A stretch of 64,000 nt of DNA from Cirrosporium novae-zelandiae (taxonomy: Eukaryota). The notes under the pieces were generated by a model. It saw only the letters and a list, made by a program, of their open reading frames with translations, was not told where the DNA came from and did no database searches. Made by a program: the position numbers and the translations under genes. The stretch covers positions 248,001 to 312,000 of the forward strand of contig JAPETS010000026.1 in the NCBI GenBank assembly GCA_026023565.1. The letters are read 5' to 3'. This document shows positions 22,859 to 36,365 of this stretch, one piece after another. How positions within the stretch are numbered: position 1 is the first letter of the stretch; every line of letters begins with the position of its first letter.

Positions 22859-25800
22859 TTATTCAATCTCTTCAATCCTCGGCTTCAAAGAACCGTCTCC
22901 ACCACTAGGATCAACAGCCAAACCAGCCAGTCTTCCACCAGCAAGCTCTACATTCGGCCCCCCCATCTCACTATCTTGCATCGACAGCCCCACAAGTAGG
23001 CTCTTTGCCTGCCAATTTTCCAAACTCTCAATCACAGCGCTTGTATTTTCTTTGACCATATCATCACCATCGGCGCCCTCCACATATCTCAGCACCCTAA
23101 TGATCTCTGCAAGGTTCTCCCCGGCAAGCCCGAATCCCAATTTTTTCCCGTGCTCTTCCGCTTTGTCTAGGGTTTTGATGAGACTCATAATGAGGAGGAT
23201 TGCTGCGCGTCTCAAGATTGCTTGTGAGGGGTCTTTTTCGAGAGTTAGGATGGAGATAGACATGTCGATCCCCGTGGAGATAATATTAGAGCCTAGGCCC
23301 GCGATGTTTGTTTCGATTGCCGTTCCTAGAATCGTGAGGGCGGATGCTCGGATCCGCACGTCTTCTTCTCCTTTGCGGTCTTCCCACCCCGAGACTATAC
23401 GTGAAATATACTCATTCTGCTGTTCATCCTCGTTGTTTTCCTCGTCCTCACCGAGCTGAGGAACCGAGCCTCCCCACGCTTCCGCCGCCTCCTTGTGCTT
23501 TGCTTGTCTTGCGAGGAAACGCTTTTGTTGCTCCGAGAAGGCTTTAGGACGATAGCCACGCCGACCGGCGGTTGCAAGCATGGCTTCTCCTAATATTTTT
23601 GCAGGTTCTCCTACGAGCGCCTCATCCATTCCCTCCACTGTTTTGAGCAGGGCTTCGCCGAGTCGTAAGCGCTGATCTAGACCCATTTCCTCGTCCTTGT
23701 CAACGTAATGTTCCACGAGCATCCTGATGACGGTCTTGGGGTGGTTCGTGGAGAGGGCTGAGAGTGCTTTGATGCTGTTGAGGTAGATGAATTCATCTTC
23801 GTCTTGGAGGGTCGAGACGAGCAGGATGAAGGTTGAAGGAATGTCAAGGATCGTGGAATGCGATTTTATGAGGTGTGTAAGAATAGTGAGACCTTGAGCC
23901 CTTACGGGAGGGAGAGGGTCGGACAGATATGAAAGAGCTTGTTTGTGCGTTTTGAGATCGGAGGCTTTCTTGGATGGGATGGTTGGGGGTGAGGGTTTTT
24001 GTTCGGAACTCGCAAGAGCTAGTTCGAGGAGGAAGGCGGTGTTACTAGCGGATAGTTTTAGAGAGGAGGATATTTTGAGAGAGGAGGTCTGGGTTGTGTG
24101 GACTTTTGGTTGTATAAGCTCCAGGAGGGCCTTCGTTCCGGAGTCGGGGTTAAAGGATGGGGAGGAGAGCAGAGTTGAAAGAATGGAGAATGCCACGGAT
24201 GCAGATTCCTCAGTTGTTTCTTGGTCTTTGGAAGCTTCCTTATTGCTATCGGCGACGATATTACTTAAAGAGGCTATGATGGAGTGGGCACGGATTTCCT
24301 GGGCTGCCTGCCTTCGCGATAGGTCGTCAATGAAGCTTTCTAGAAGTTGATTGATGAGTTCGAGAAGTTGAATTGGATTGCTGCTGATTTTATCTTTATA
24401 GGGATTGATCATCTTTAGTACCAGCTTCGCGCTAATCAACGAGGACATCGGATCCTTTGTATCCTCTTCATCGTGGCCGATTTCAAGACGCTTATTTTGG
24501 GACTTCGAAGTAGAAGAAGGGATGTCCAGAAGCCACTTCTTACTAAGCGTGAGAAAAAGCTTTCCGATGCTCTCGTCGTCCAAGAAGCTGGAATCTACCA
24601 GTTTCACGAACTCCTCGACTCGCAAATCTATCCTCGCCATCATCTCAACCATATCCACGGCCCCAGCATGCCCCCGCGACTCTCGCAATCGCACACAAAC
24701 TTCATCACTCCCATCGGCTTTGGCAATGACCCATGCACCTTTCCCATCTTCACCGTCCCAAAGAATCTTATCAGAGAGTCGGATCAACTGTTCGGCACCC
24801 GCTGATAGCTTGAAGTATGTCTGGATCAAGGAGCTAGATTGCTCGTAGAGTTCGGATGTGGAGGCTTTTCCCTCTTCCTTGACGGTGCACATGACTGCCC
24901 AGAGAGGAAGTAACAGGGGGTCTATCAAGCGCTTCGTAACTCCGGGGTTGGGATGGGAGAGTATAAGAGTGTGGAGGTTTTTGAGTGCTGTTTTGAGGTC
25001 AGTTGAGGAGACGACGATGGACTTTGGAGAGATGATATCGGTAGAGGAACTTTGGATGGTAGGATTCAGTTTCCGGAAAAATGGTTCGGCGAAGAGGGTC
25101 CATCCTATCGTGCCAGGTGCACCGTTGGACCTTCGTCCCAGGATCCCGTTTCCGATGATGAAGGCGGCGGCTTTTCGGAGCTCCGGGTCAGGGTCGTTCA
25201 GCATTTTCCAGAGTTGAGGGCTCAGTGCGTCGAAGTAGGCTTGTGGGGTTGTTGATTTAGGAACGGAGCCCAGGAGCTTTGCGGACTGGGTCAGGGCTTC
25301 GATGGGGATTGTTGGCTTGGGGGTTGGGGTTGTGTTTGAAGGGGGTGCGGTTGGTTGTGTGGATGTAGGAATTGCGGAAGAGATTAAATAGACTGTCTGG
25401 CGGACGCCGTCGGGGCGGAGAGGGATCAAGGAAAGGGGGTGAGAGACGTGGGGTTTTAGCCAAGACGGGGTAGCTGGATGGAGGAGGGACATCAGAAGGG
25501 GGAGAACTGTCGAGGTAGGAGTTCTAGATGCTTGTTTAGCAGACTTGTTACTACGGGTCATACGATAGGAAGGAGACGACATACTCGTCGAGGAGCATGT
25601 AAAATAGGTACTTGTATTTCTCTATACCTGAATTATCCGTTGTAGAAGGCCCAAAAGCAAGTTCACCGCAAGCAGATACTACATCAATCAATATTCGATC
25701 ACGGACGAATGTCTCCAGCCCCTTGTTTTTCTCGCCATAGATCGAGGTTATATTTTCTATGATTGTTCGTAGAAGACCATAATTTTTATTATTCTGCCCG

Positions 25801-26267
25801 CCCTTTGAATCTGCGGTCATGGGCTTTGCGATAACTCCTTTGGGAAGAATTGATTTGACTCTGCGCTCGACTGGAATCCCAACACCTGCTGATAGAGATG
25901 GGTAAACACCTTCCAGAGATATCAAATCGAGGAGAGCATCGATTACTCGACTATTCTCCGAGTTGTGAAGGATCTCATTGGAGTTTAGAGAGGCAGCAGC
26001 AGCATAGTGGATAGCTAAAGCTAGGTGTAAGGCATTGTCGATGACTTTTTCTCTCTTGAGTTCGTCAGGTTGGATATCTACATCAAGATCTCCAGCCAAT
26101 CGATCAATCAGAGAAGCTCCACGAGCTCTTTGAAGAGCATCTACTCCAACGTTAGCTTTGTAATCGAAATGCATAGAAGAGCAATGATTCCAACCTCGCC
26201 TTAGGACTGGATTCAAGAATTGTTGTGCACGAGCTAGAGATGCTTCAAGATTAGATTCTTCAGTCAT
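22859..26267 (-). CDS. RTP1: RNA polymerase II assembly/nuclear import factor Rtp1 (TANGO6 family); introns 26141-26194 and 25524-25584
   Basis: LLDLISLEGVYPSLSAGVGIPVERR, LRPDGVRQT, LSDPLPPVRAQGL, LQDEDEFIYLNSIK, RLRLGEAL, DVRIRASAL, and a KPRIEEIE end. Both splices keep the frame. Confidence 0.88.
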
Positions 26268-29200
26268 GGCATATGAATTTTAGATTACTTAGGATGTTTA
26301 GGAGAAGGCAAATACTGATTGTCATTAGTGCTGAAGAAAATCCCATGCTTTCTTTATCTTATCGGAGATATGACACGGTGATGCAAACAATACAAACTTG
26401 CCTCAACGCGAAACGCGTTCCCCCTTCAAAGTCTTCTTCTTTCTTCAGCTTGACCTCCATCGCAACTTATCAATTACTTTGCATTGTTCGCTCCAATTGC
26501 ACCTCAGATCTTTGCTAATGTATTCTACTCTTTAAACGCTTCAAATCTGCTTTTGACATTTACTACTATCCTTACCCTTCATGATCGCGATTCGCCAATA
26601 CTGTTTCCACTACCAATCACGGTCAATACAAACACTCACCAAACTCTCACTTTCTCGCTCTCTAGAGCACCACAAAACAGATGCAGCGCACCTTCCTCAG
26701 AGTTCCCAATCTCATATTCCTGTCTTGGAATGTTTCGCATCCCTCGTACGCGCCTGTACATTCCAGCCAGAGTGAGCACCTCGAGCCTCGTGGCATGGTC
26801 TCAATGAATTGCAAACTTTGTTCTGGATGTGCAAGTACACGGACTATGAGTTTGGTAATCTAACCCTAAATATTCTTTGGATGTCTTCCTTCGAAAGAAG
26901 AAAGATGTGTCTTGCGGTCATAGCTGTCACATTTCCGCCTATCTATTTCTTGGCTTCAGGCTTCCTGTAAAATGGAGCCAAAAAGATCAGGGGTAGTGAA
27001 AAGTAATGTGTCATCCAGCGCTCTAGAGCTGTGAACATGAGGCACCCATGCGTCAAGTGGTAAAACCCCAAGTGCGGGTGCGCATTGGTGCCTCTAGCTG
27101 GACACTATGCTTGATCAATTATGAGATGTTTTGTTTAATGCGTTAGCAATTCGGGGTTGTTTGGGAGAGCATAGGTGGATAGATCGGATAGTCTTCTATC
27201 AAGTTGTCCTTAGGCCCTTTGTGTTGTTTCGGGTTTTTGAGTTTGAGTATAATTGTCAGGATTCTTTATAAAGCCTAACTCAGATAGATCCGCCAGCGAG
27301 ATATTGAGAAACATGTTTTGTCATCCTTCATCACTGCCCTTTCAGGGCTATCTCTGCCACGAGAACCTTCTTCCTTTGACCGAAAACCATGAAACCATGA
27401 ATGTGACGTTCATTTATGCAAGCGCCTGACATACAGACCACATCTAGTCTCCAGGGATAGACTGAAGATCCACTCGTCGGAATCGGCCTTGGTGTCGTAG
27501 CGAGGTCTTCAGCCAGACTCAATTCTCTTCCTTCGAGAACTGGACAGAGATCCACTCGTCGGAATCGGCTGCGGTCGTAGCGAGGTCTCTGATCAGTTTT
27601 CGTTGAATGAGTTGGAGCTAGGTGGGATCGTTCGTCCCTTAGGGATGAGCTCATGGCACGTCATCGTTTCCGGTTGGTCTTCATAGTCCAGGTGGGTTGA
27701 AGTGTTTGGTTGCTGTTGTAGCTTTTGGAAGACGCGGCGAAGATTAGCATCATGTTCAACCACGGTGTTTAAAATGCAATATCTTTGTTGAGGCGGATCT
27801 AGGCTGCGGAAGGGATCCCTACAAACCTGCTCATGTTTCAATTCCCCATACAGAAGGTACCTGCATCTATCCCTTTCCGCCATCTGCATTCATATGCACT
27901 TGGTCCCCTGTTCTCCACCCCATTCACTCTTGTCGACTGCCTGTCAAAGATAGCCGAAAGCTCGCTAAACAACGTCACATCGCGTTATCCTCCATAGATG
28001 TGACCTTCACCTGAAGATCTCGATCAGCCGCATCAATCATCCCCCCACAAGTTCATCTTGACTGGGTGGCAGGTGAGCGCCGATAAACATGTCTCTTTCC
28101 CGACCTTTGCTCTCGCGGTTGGACATTTACCTCCTCTTGGAGATGGGAGCGGTTTTTAAAGATGTCTTTTATCCGCTCAACAAATGCCCTCTTGGCTTCC
28201 AGAAATGAGGTTGAGAGAGGAAACAAAAACTAGTCCCTGAAGGTACTGCACTACGAACAGAGAAAGCGAGGGATAAGTGGGTCGACAGTGGATTGGCGGG
28301 TAGCGAATAGTATTGCGTGGTCATTGAAATGGTAGGTACTGGTGAATGAATGATGAATGAAGGTTTCCCGAAGACTCTTTAATACAGTAGATTACATGAT
28401 CTACTGAGGACGCAGGAGATATGATAGCAAGCATTTTGGTCGTCCTTTTACTCTTTTGCAACCTACCACCTTACACCATCCTCTCAACCTGGATTTGGAT
28501 AAAGCGGGATCAGTACCAGGACCTCTCTCGAGTGAGGATCAAAGCTTCGTGCTTGTCTGTGTTCGGGTTCCTATTTTTCTATGGATCTTCTGGGAGAGGG
28601 GATCTAGTGTATATGAGGTATGGGTAGCAATGAAGATTAGAGTACCAATTTTTGGATTGGAATCTGGCTGAGCCACTTTTTTTTTCATCTTCTCCTCCTT
28701 TTCAAGGGGGGGGGGAAGAAGAAATAAGCTATTTGTTGCAACCATCTATCATACGATAAGACCCCCCTCTTTGTGAAGCTGGTATTAGCTTTCTACCTAC
28801 TTTTGAGTTTGGTCGCTTTCATTACTACCTAGGTACCTACCGAATATAGCATTGTAAGAGAAAATGGAGTTCCTGATTCTACCTCGGATTCTGGTGGTCT
28901 CTACCGTGGCACCGTGTGCTATCCATTCCATAGGACCACCTATCGTGATACCGGATTCAGTTATTGTGTTTCTACCTGTTCGCCGAGGGTTTTCCTTCCT
29001 AATATAGATATACCGTCTTCACTTTCCTCTTTCCTTCGTCTGTCTAGTCTCATTTCACCCCCATTTATTTAGCCGGGATTTCCATCACATTTCATTTTGA
29101 TTTCAGGCATGATTTTTCCTTCTCTCTATTGGAGGTTACAAATTGACACATTGCACATTGATGTGTATCTACATCCCAAAAGCCACTAGATTTCATGAGA

Positions 29201-29361
29201 CTATCTACCTAAATCCTTCTCTCTAATCCGAGCCTAGTCGAATTCAATGAGCCCTTATATCGACCTCAATCGACCGTTCAGCTGCCACTGGGCCATTACA
29301 TTCAACCGGGCCTACCAATTCCATAAAGAGTAGCAAGTATCCCATCATTCAATCTTCGAAA

Positions 29362-30975
29362 ATGTCTTCCCCTCACTCAAAATACAATAACTTGAACCCC
29401 CAACTACGGCATACACTACGTGACATCCAACGACTTATAGCATTTGCTACTATCCAATCGCCGTCACGGCCTGGACGTATTCTAAATAGCCAGCCCTCTC
29501 TACGACCCTCTCTACTCACAAATATTAATATTTTGGATTCGATTGCTAGTATCTGCGTCTCCAGTCCACAGGAGAAATTTGCAGTAGCTATGCGGAACTC
29601 GGAATGTGGACTGGAATTGCTCGTGTCAGGCAACGGTGCTCAAACGGGTCAAGAAATAGAAAACTATATCAAAGATCTGTGGAAGTATCTCTCACGAATA
29701 TCCGAAAATCACGCATTTTTCAAAACGTCCCACAAAGATACGCCTAAGAATGTGAACCCCCAGCCACTCACAGTTGGGCAACTCTTAAGACGAGAGTATA
29801 GACGCAAGTTATTCACAGCTAGGCGACTCTTAGAACGAGAGTATAAACTCAAAGCCTTGAGACATTCTTTCCCGAGACTCCAGTGGCTGTACCAAAAAAG
29901 CTTGGCTTTGGTTAATGTTATTAGAGGAATATATGAAGAAGACACAAGCGAGGAAGTGAAGGATGAGAGGGAGGTGGGATTACTTCAAATGTTAGAGATT
30001 GTCAAAAATCAGCTTGACCTGGTCGACAAAAATGATCAGGATTTAACGGATCCGGGTTTGGACCACCTATGGGATAGGCTTCAGGTCCTCCAACGCAAAG
30101 CGGAATACTTCCTAAAAAGTGCACGGCTCTGGCATGAGCACAAGCGTGCTCGTTACGGAAAAGTGGAACATCATTTCACACTCAACAATTCTCTCTCGAA
30201 CCTCGTTAATATTGTGTATAGTATTAAGACCCTTCTAAGCGTGGCAAAAACGGACAGGTTCTCACAAATATTCCGCCGACAAGGCCGGTTCAAAGTTTCA
30301 TTCATAGAACCACCATCTCCATACTATGTTCCAGATCAACTCCCCTCGGATGCTCAGGGCTGGATTCAAGTAATCGAAGGTATCTTAGGAAAAGCGAACA
30401 CAATAGCACAAAAGAACCAGGCCGAATATGAATTTGAGCTCGTCAAGAACAGAGCAATACTAGACTGCCTTCTCTTATCCACGATCGAAACACCAACAAA
30501 ATTTCACAAACCAAGCGACGCGAGGAAAGGCCGTCTCATCTACCCCGAATGTGCCATCGTACAACATCTTCTGCTTCATCCTACCCCGAGAGCATATCCC
30601 GCCATCGGAACGACAAATCCAAGTTGCATCAGCAGCCGGGATTTCAGAGCAGCTGCGGGTGTCCTAATCGGACAGGTATTTTACACTAATAAAGGGTTTT
30701 ACGATATTTATAAGCCTGAAGAGTCCTCGCTGTGCTGCTTTCCAATCATATCTGATACCGAACTTGCACAGCTCGTAGCCGAAGAGATGTATGCCAAGAT
30801 AGCATATAGGATAGCAAGAACTTATCCCGGGATAAAAATAACGCCAAAGACCCAACAAGCTGAAAATTCTCATGTCGATTTTCAATCAGCAAAGATGCAA
30901 GAGTGTGTTTCTAGTATATATCAACCTAATCGTGAATTTCATGGCATAAGCAATCACCACAGCAAAAAGTTCTAA
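29362..30975 (+). CDS. OTT_1508-like deaminase-fold protein with substituted Zn ligands, intronless, 537 aa
   Basis: N-terminal LDSIASICV...FAVAM...LLVSGN motif. C-terminal IYPECAIV...IGTTNPSCISS lines up with the family pattern HxE...IGxSKxxCxxC. Confidence 0.6.
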   Translation: MSSPHSKYNNLNPQLRHTLRDIQRLIAFATIQSPSRPGRILNSQPSLRPSLLTNINILDSIASICVSSPQEKFAVAMRNSECGLELLVSGNGAQTGQEIENYIKDLWKYLSRISENHAFFKTSHKDTPKNVNPQPLTVGQLLRREYRRKLFTARRLLEREYKLKALRHSFPRLQWLYQKSLALVNVIRGIYEEDTSEEVKDEREVGLLQMLEIVKNQLDLVDKNDQDLTDPGLDHLWDRLQVLQRKAEYFLKSARLWHEHKRARYGKVEHHFTLNNSLSNLVNIVYSIKTLLSVAKTDRFSQIFRRQGRFKVSFIEPPSPYYVPDQLPSDAQGWIQVIEGILGKANTIAQKNQAEYEFELVKNRAILDCLLLSTIETPTKFHKPSDARKGRLIYPECAIVQHLLLHPTPRAYPAIGTTNPSCISSRDFRAAAGVLIGQVFYTNKGFYDIYKPEESSLCCFPIISDTELAQLVAEEMYAKIAYRIARTYPGIKITPKTQQAENSHVDFQSAKMQECVSSIYQPNREFHGISNHHSKKF

Positions 30976-31360
30976 GTGGACATTAATGTAAACTTCACTA
31001 GAGAAGAAAAGTTCAAGGAGACGAGAAGCTAGACGAAGTATGTTATACGCTCTCCAGATTTCTTATGGTTCACTGACCTAACCTCAAATACCTAGATAGA
31101 CAGCCAACTAATAGCCTGGCTTCAGTTCAACCCCATCGAAGCCAACTAATCCCTCAGCTATATATTATGCAGCATATCAACCCCACCCAAGCGAAGTCAA
31201 GCTCACGCCTTCTCATTTCCAACCCCAATTACCATTGATTCCTCTCGAGCAAACTTGGCCAACCTAAAAAATTCTACCACATAATACTCGCACAATCCCC
31301 GACTTATTCAAAAATACAAGTGGGAGAGAGAAGATTTGATCCACGGAGACTTCACGCCCC

Positions 31361-31550
31361 TGTTACGGATGCCAAGCTACATGCACATGACATTATGTGA
31401 CCTAGGTCACATGATATACTGTACATAGATTCTTAACCTTGCACCTTACTGCACAGTACAATAGATTCTAGACCTTAAGTCATCAATATCCACACCAGTT
31501 ATACCTCTAGATTTGAGTCTCACTGAGCCCATATCCTAGGCGTCGTAACA
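31361..31550 (+). mobile_element. Solo LTR (190 bp)
   Basis: TGTTACG...CGTAACA inverted termini and a 5-bp TSD GCCCC/GCCTC. The 3' end is shared with the copies ending at 14266 and 18961. Confidence 0.88.
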
Positions 31551-31779
31551 GCCTCTCTCTCAAAAAAAAGGAGGAAAAAAGATGAAGCCTAGAAAAAAAC
31601 ATCTGCTTATAACCTGCCAATTCAATACCCCAGCTTATGGTAGCACGCATGCTAATATTCATATTTCTGAATTGTTCCGGTTTTCTCTGGCTTGAGGACT
31701 AAGGAGTAGTTGGGTTGTTGATGATATATGTATTGATATGTATTGTGTATGCATGCGTGTGTATGAATGCAATTAAAGT

Positions 31780-31903
31780 AACCTTAGAGTAAAAAGAGAC
31801 CTTTCAAAAAAAATAGATTAGATATGTATTTTTTTTATAGAATCACGGACCGAGAAAAATAGATTTTGTTTGAAAGGTCACTTTTATTTCTACCCGTTGA
31901 AAG
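31780..31903. mobile_element. Degenerate copy of the foldback MITE
   Basis: Ends TTTATTTCTACCCGTTGAAAG+TA like the 22701 end. Contains a GACCTTTCAAA / TTTGAAAGGTC inverted pair. Confidence 0.6.
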
Positions 31904-32805
31904 TATATTTAGTAGGTGAAATTAACCGATTTATTTTTTTTGGGGGGAAGAGGTTTTTAGGAATAATTAAATAGAAATGATGGATTGTCTGGCTTGTCTT
32001 GGTTTTCTGGTCTTTTGCTTGCTTGCTTGCTTGTTTACCTGGTCTCGCCGGTACTGTACATGTACAGTACGTTAGTATAGTATATATGCCGCAGCACTAT
32101 TCAGGCATCTACTAGTCATATGATGGGTTTGGTCTGTGCTACCATCGCCATCACCACCACCATTATTTAGGTAGGCAAGTCACCACCCACAATATTATTT
32201 TATAGTTGTCACGTTACACCCTCGCTTTAATATAATATATAGAAGTATATAATGAATTAAGATATTCTGGTGTTCGTCTATTTGAATTGTAAGTTTTAAG
32301 GCTGAGACTAAGCCTTGATATTTCTGTATTCTATCCAAGCTGGCTAATGAGAAGTTGATGTATCCACTCGCTATCTTTAGCACACTGGAATAAACATAAT
32401 TTTTATATCTTCTGCTGAGACGAGATAATTCGATATATTCATATATGGTGGGGTTTTGCATATATCTTTTTTAAAACTTCATTATACCTAGTATCCATAA
32501 ATACTGGGTGTGACAACACGTTGAACCGCCTGTCATCCAGCCCATACATTCACGTCATATAGGCAAGTCCAGTCCTGTTGATCCCAAAACCCATGAAGCC
32601 GGCTTGTTTCCATCCCCCCCTCACCCCCAAACCTGAGCGAGCTTCCTAGGCAAAAGTACACCATCCAATTTCCATCCTAAACTATACATTAACGCCACGT
32701 TGCCCAAATTCTAGCAACCATTGAACCTATGATACCATGTCGATCGTTCAAAACAAATCTCCTGCCCACCTTTTCGTAGTCAAGTATTCTAACACAAAGT
32801 AAATG

Positions 32806-34599
32806 TTACCCTTGTTCATCCAGGTCCTTCAACTCTCTTTCCAGTTCTCGTAACTTTTCTCTTAATGTCTCTGTTTCCTGCGTCAAAACCTTTTTTCTTT
32901 GGTCCCTATTTCCTCTTTCTTTAACTCCACTTTGCTGTTGTCTTGATTGTTGCTTTCCCATGGCTGCTAAAGTTGGGTCTAGAGGCATAAGATCATGACT
33001 CGACGTCTGTTGGGTAGGGTTGAGGATAGATGATATAGAACTGAGGCGATTGGCGCGCGTGGGATCATTGGAATCGTGGACATCCGAATCCATAGCAGAA
33101 AGTCCTCGTTTTGTACCAGCAAGAGAGGTGGGTGGATGAGGAGATATGGAAAGATTACGCTGTTCCGAAGCAGCACGAACAAAAGAAGTAGAAATGGAAT
33201 AAGAATGAGACGATTGAGGTTGTCGTGGATCAGGGAGAAAATTAGGAGTGCCCGTGAAATCAATCGGAATAGGATTGCGCATTTGTGAAGAATATGGATC
33301 CCGAGATTGTTTTTGTGGTTGCATTGGAGCGGTGGCTATGTTATCAAGCTCGACACTGCTGGTGCTATTTCCAGAATTGATATTTTGAGACGTGAGAGGT
33401 TCCGGGGAAGCAGACTGGGCCATTGCAAGAGGTGGATGACCATTTGCTTGCTGATCTAACGGTGCTGGAACAACCCTTTTTCTTCTCTTGATGACAGACT
33501 TTTTCATGGCCACCGGTCGATGTTTGCCATGTAACTTATGGTATAAACCTAGGAAAGGTCAGAATATGTCTCGGTATAATTATATTAGGATTATGCTTAC
33601 CGCAAGCATTACATATTGTGTGGCCGCTTTCATCGCGTCGCCATAGAGGAGTTACAGTCGTGCGGCAATTTTGACATGCCACAACAACGTTGGTAGTGTT
33701 AGGATCAGTAGGCTGGCTCATTTGTAGTTGCTCATTTTCATGCGCATCTTCTGGATGAATTTCACCAGGTGGTGACATTTTCCTATCTGGTTGTGAAACC
33801 TCTTCACTGCCCATCTGGGATTGTGCTAATGGAATAGAAAGTTGCGTTGCTTTTGCCATGCGGTTGTTGTACGCTGGGCAGCCACCACAGTCGTTTGCTC
33901 CACCAGTACCGTTGCATCTTCCACCACCAGGACAGGTCCCAGATGGAACCTGATCTGCAGTCACGTAAATTGGTCCAGCACCATGATGGGTGACACTATC
34001 TGGTTGCGATATAGGAGATATACTTCTGTCTTGATTTTGGGAATGAGGAGCCATCGATGCTGCTGGTCTTTTTAAATTCGCTGGACGAGGATTATTGCGC
34101 GCTTTCTGATATAATCCGCATGCGTTACAAATCGTTGCACCTGTCGGAGATCGTCGCCAAAGAGGTGTTTTGGTAGTTCCACAATTACTAGAGTGTAGTG
34201 TTAGAAAAGGTGTCCATTTCTTCGAGTGTTGACTTACCTGCAAGTTTGACCCAGTGTTGGCGAGATGCTTCCACGCGCATTGTGTTGTGCATCGGAAGAC
34301 CCGTCTGTCATTGAAGAGGACCGTATGTGATTGGTTGGGTTTGATGGAGATGTGCCATGTGTACCATTTTGATGGTCGTCTTCGTTCTCGATTGTAGTGT
34401 CCTGGAGAGTACTCGCGCTTCTCCCAGGATCGATCGCGTCTCCTCCATTTCTTTGTCGTCCTTGATTCTGATGTGCTAGCAGGTCTCTTGCAGCAGTGAT
34501 GTCTTCTTCAGAGTGCTGGTGTATGGGGTTGGTGAGATTTACAGATCGCTGGGTTGCCATAGGAGCATGTTGAGCATCTCGAGTAACGATTTCCGCCAT
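32806..34599 (-). CDS. sreA: GATA-type iron/siderophore repressor SreA (Sfu1/Urbs1/Fep1 family); introns 34188-34237 and 33549-33600
   Basis: Two GATA fingers (CSNCGTTKTPLWRR..ICNACGLY; CQNCRTTVTPLWRRD..ICNACGLYHKLHG) flank the Cys-rich CPGGGRCNGTGG..CGGCP. C-terminal coiled coil. Confidence 0.95.
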
Positions 34600-35694
34600 C
34601 TTATCTCTCCGAAAATCGATCAAAACAGGGTAATAAGCATTTGTTGGCGCGGCAAACTGGTGCCTTGAGCCAGATCAGGTGAGTATGGCGGAGAACCTAA
34701 CAGGAGGATTGAGGAGTACAGAAGGTTGAATATGCGGGCAGCAATGGTGGTAGGCTGGTCAAAGGGTCATGAAAAGTGTAGTTGCGACACCGGGCTTTAA
34801 CTATTGGATCTTTTAAATGGCGAACTGCGTTTCTCAGGCGAAAGGATTCCAAATTGCGACTATTCCGAAATCATCTCACAACGATAGTCTTGCCTATTCA
34901 TAAACAGCTTGAATATTTATCTGATGATTTTTGAGACGTTAATACAATGGGCTTGTATTCATCGATAGGTTTTCGAGGGCATGCGATCAATCACGTCAAA
35001 AGTAACGGTCACCGACAAGGTACGTTAGAAGTTACATTCTTAACATCATCAAAAGCGGTGGTTGATGTCAAGAGACTACACGCTAGTATTGTTAATGCAG
35101 CCAAATTGATTGGTCACCGAATCAAATTGTATTTGATTAAAATATGCACTCGAATCTACAGATAAACTTTGAACTTCAAAAGCATCTGCTCTTCTACAAT
35201 CTACGCCAACACCAAGCTGTGTCGACTGGTAAGAAACAATTTCCATAACTCGTCATAAATGCAGTTCCAATTTGTCTCTGGATTATCTTTACCCCCAGAG
35301 AAATATTACAATGCACACGTGTTCTGCCAACACAGCCCAACCACTTCCCCTGCTGCAGATCTGTCATCTCGGCGAAAAGCCAAGACTAAACCACCCAGTA
35401 TTTCCATAATCATCCGTTATATAAGGTGAGTGCCATGCTCCATCGAGATGCCCGGAAAAAAAGCACAACCACCAAGGAAATCTTCATTCCAGACCAAAAT
35501 TATTCGAAAAGAACATATCTGAATTCTGAAACCCAAACATCACACACCAGAAACCCACCCGACAAATTCATCTCTTCAGATCATATCATACATGCCGAAC
35601 CTATCCTATAGCAAGATTGTATGGCATATATCTAGCATTAGCTAAATAAAATGCCATAGCTCACTAAAGTTGGTCATGTGTAAAGTTGATACGT

Positions 35695-36365
35695 TTAGAC
35701 CTGCTCGGCGCCCCAGCCTGCATCTGCTTCCCTCATATTTGATGGTGGCTCAATTGATGGGACGAACTCGAGGAGCGCATAGCCTACACCGACCAGGCCG
35801 ATGATTGAGCCCGCGATAACTCTCAAAACGTGGTCATGGAGCAGGATCGATCCAACAAAGATATAGACTGCATGAGAATGCTGTTAACAAATGTTCTCGC
35901 TTTATTTTCTCCTTGTGAGGCTTCGGTTTACTTACAGATACCACGGCCTAGGAAAGAGAACATGAAGGAAGCATATCTCGAGACATATGGCGGAATCTGG
36001 AATTCGAGCAGACCGACTCCTACAAGCTTATCAGTACGTGTCTAAGAATACGAGTTCCAGTGGAAAGAAGTACCAAGGCCGAAGAGGATAACGTAGCATC
36101 CGATGATCACACTCTGGCTGGTGTCTGTTAGTGTCCATCCGGACTTGTATGAATCTTGTAAACCATCTGCCAGGGACTCACAATGCGACCGGGAAGAATT
36201 GACTGATGCCGCCGAGGATCATAATCACGCCAACAGCCAAATTGACTAGGCGACTAATAGAAACACCTGTTAGCATCTTTCAAGGCGCTGGAATAATGGC
36301 GGCGCATCAAGACATTGAAGTTTGAAGACAAGCCCATGAACATACAAAATGTTGGAGAAGTCCAT
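35695..36365 (-). CDS. TVP15: Golgi membrane/COPI-associated protein Tvp15; 5 short exons, absent from the ORF track
   Basis: Manual splicing gives MDFSNIFRLVNLAVGVIMILGGISQFFP..SVIIGCYVILFGLG..LLEFQIPPYVSRYASFMFSFLGRGIFYIFVG...LEFVPSIEPPSNMREADAGWGAEQV*. Confidence 0.9.

Noticed and set aside
23052..25255. Several 100-150 aa plus-strand ORFs
   Set aside because: Antisense to RTP1 with no motifs. The same applies to shadow ORFs over GH7, TSR1 and the sulfatase.
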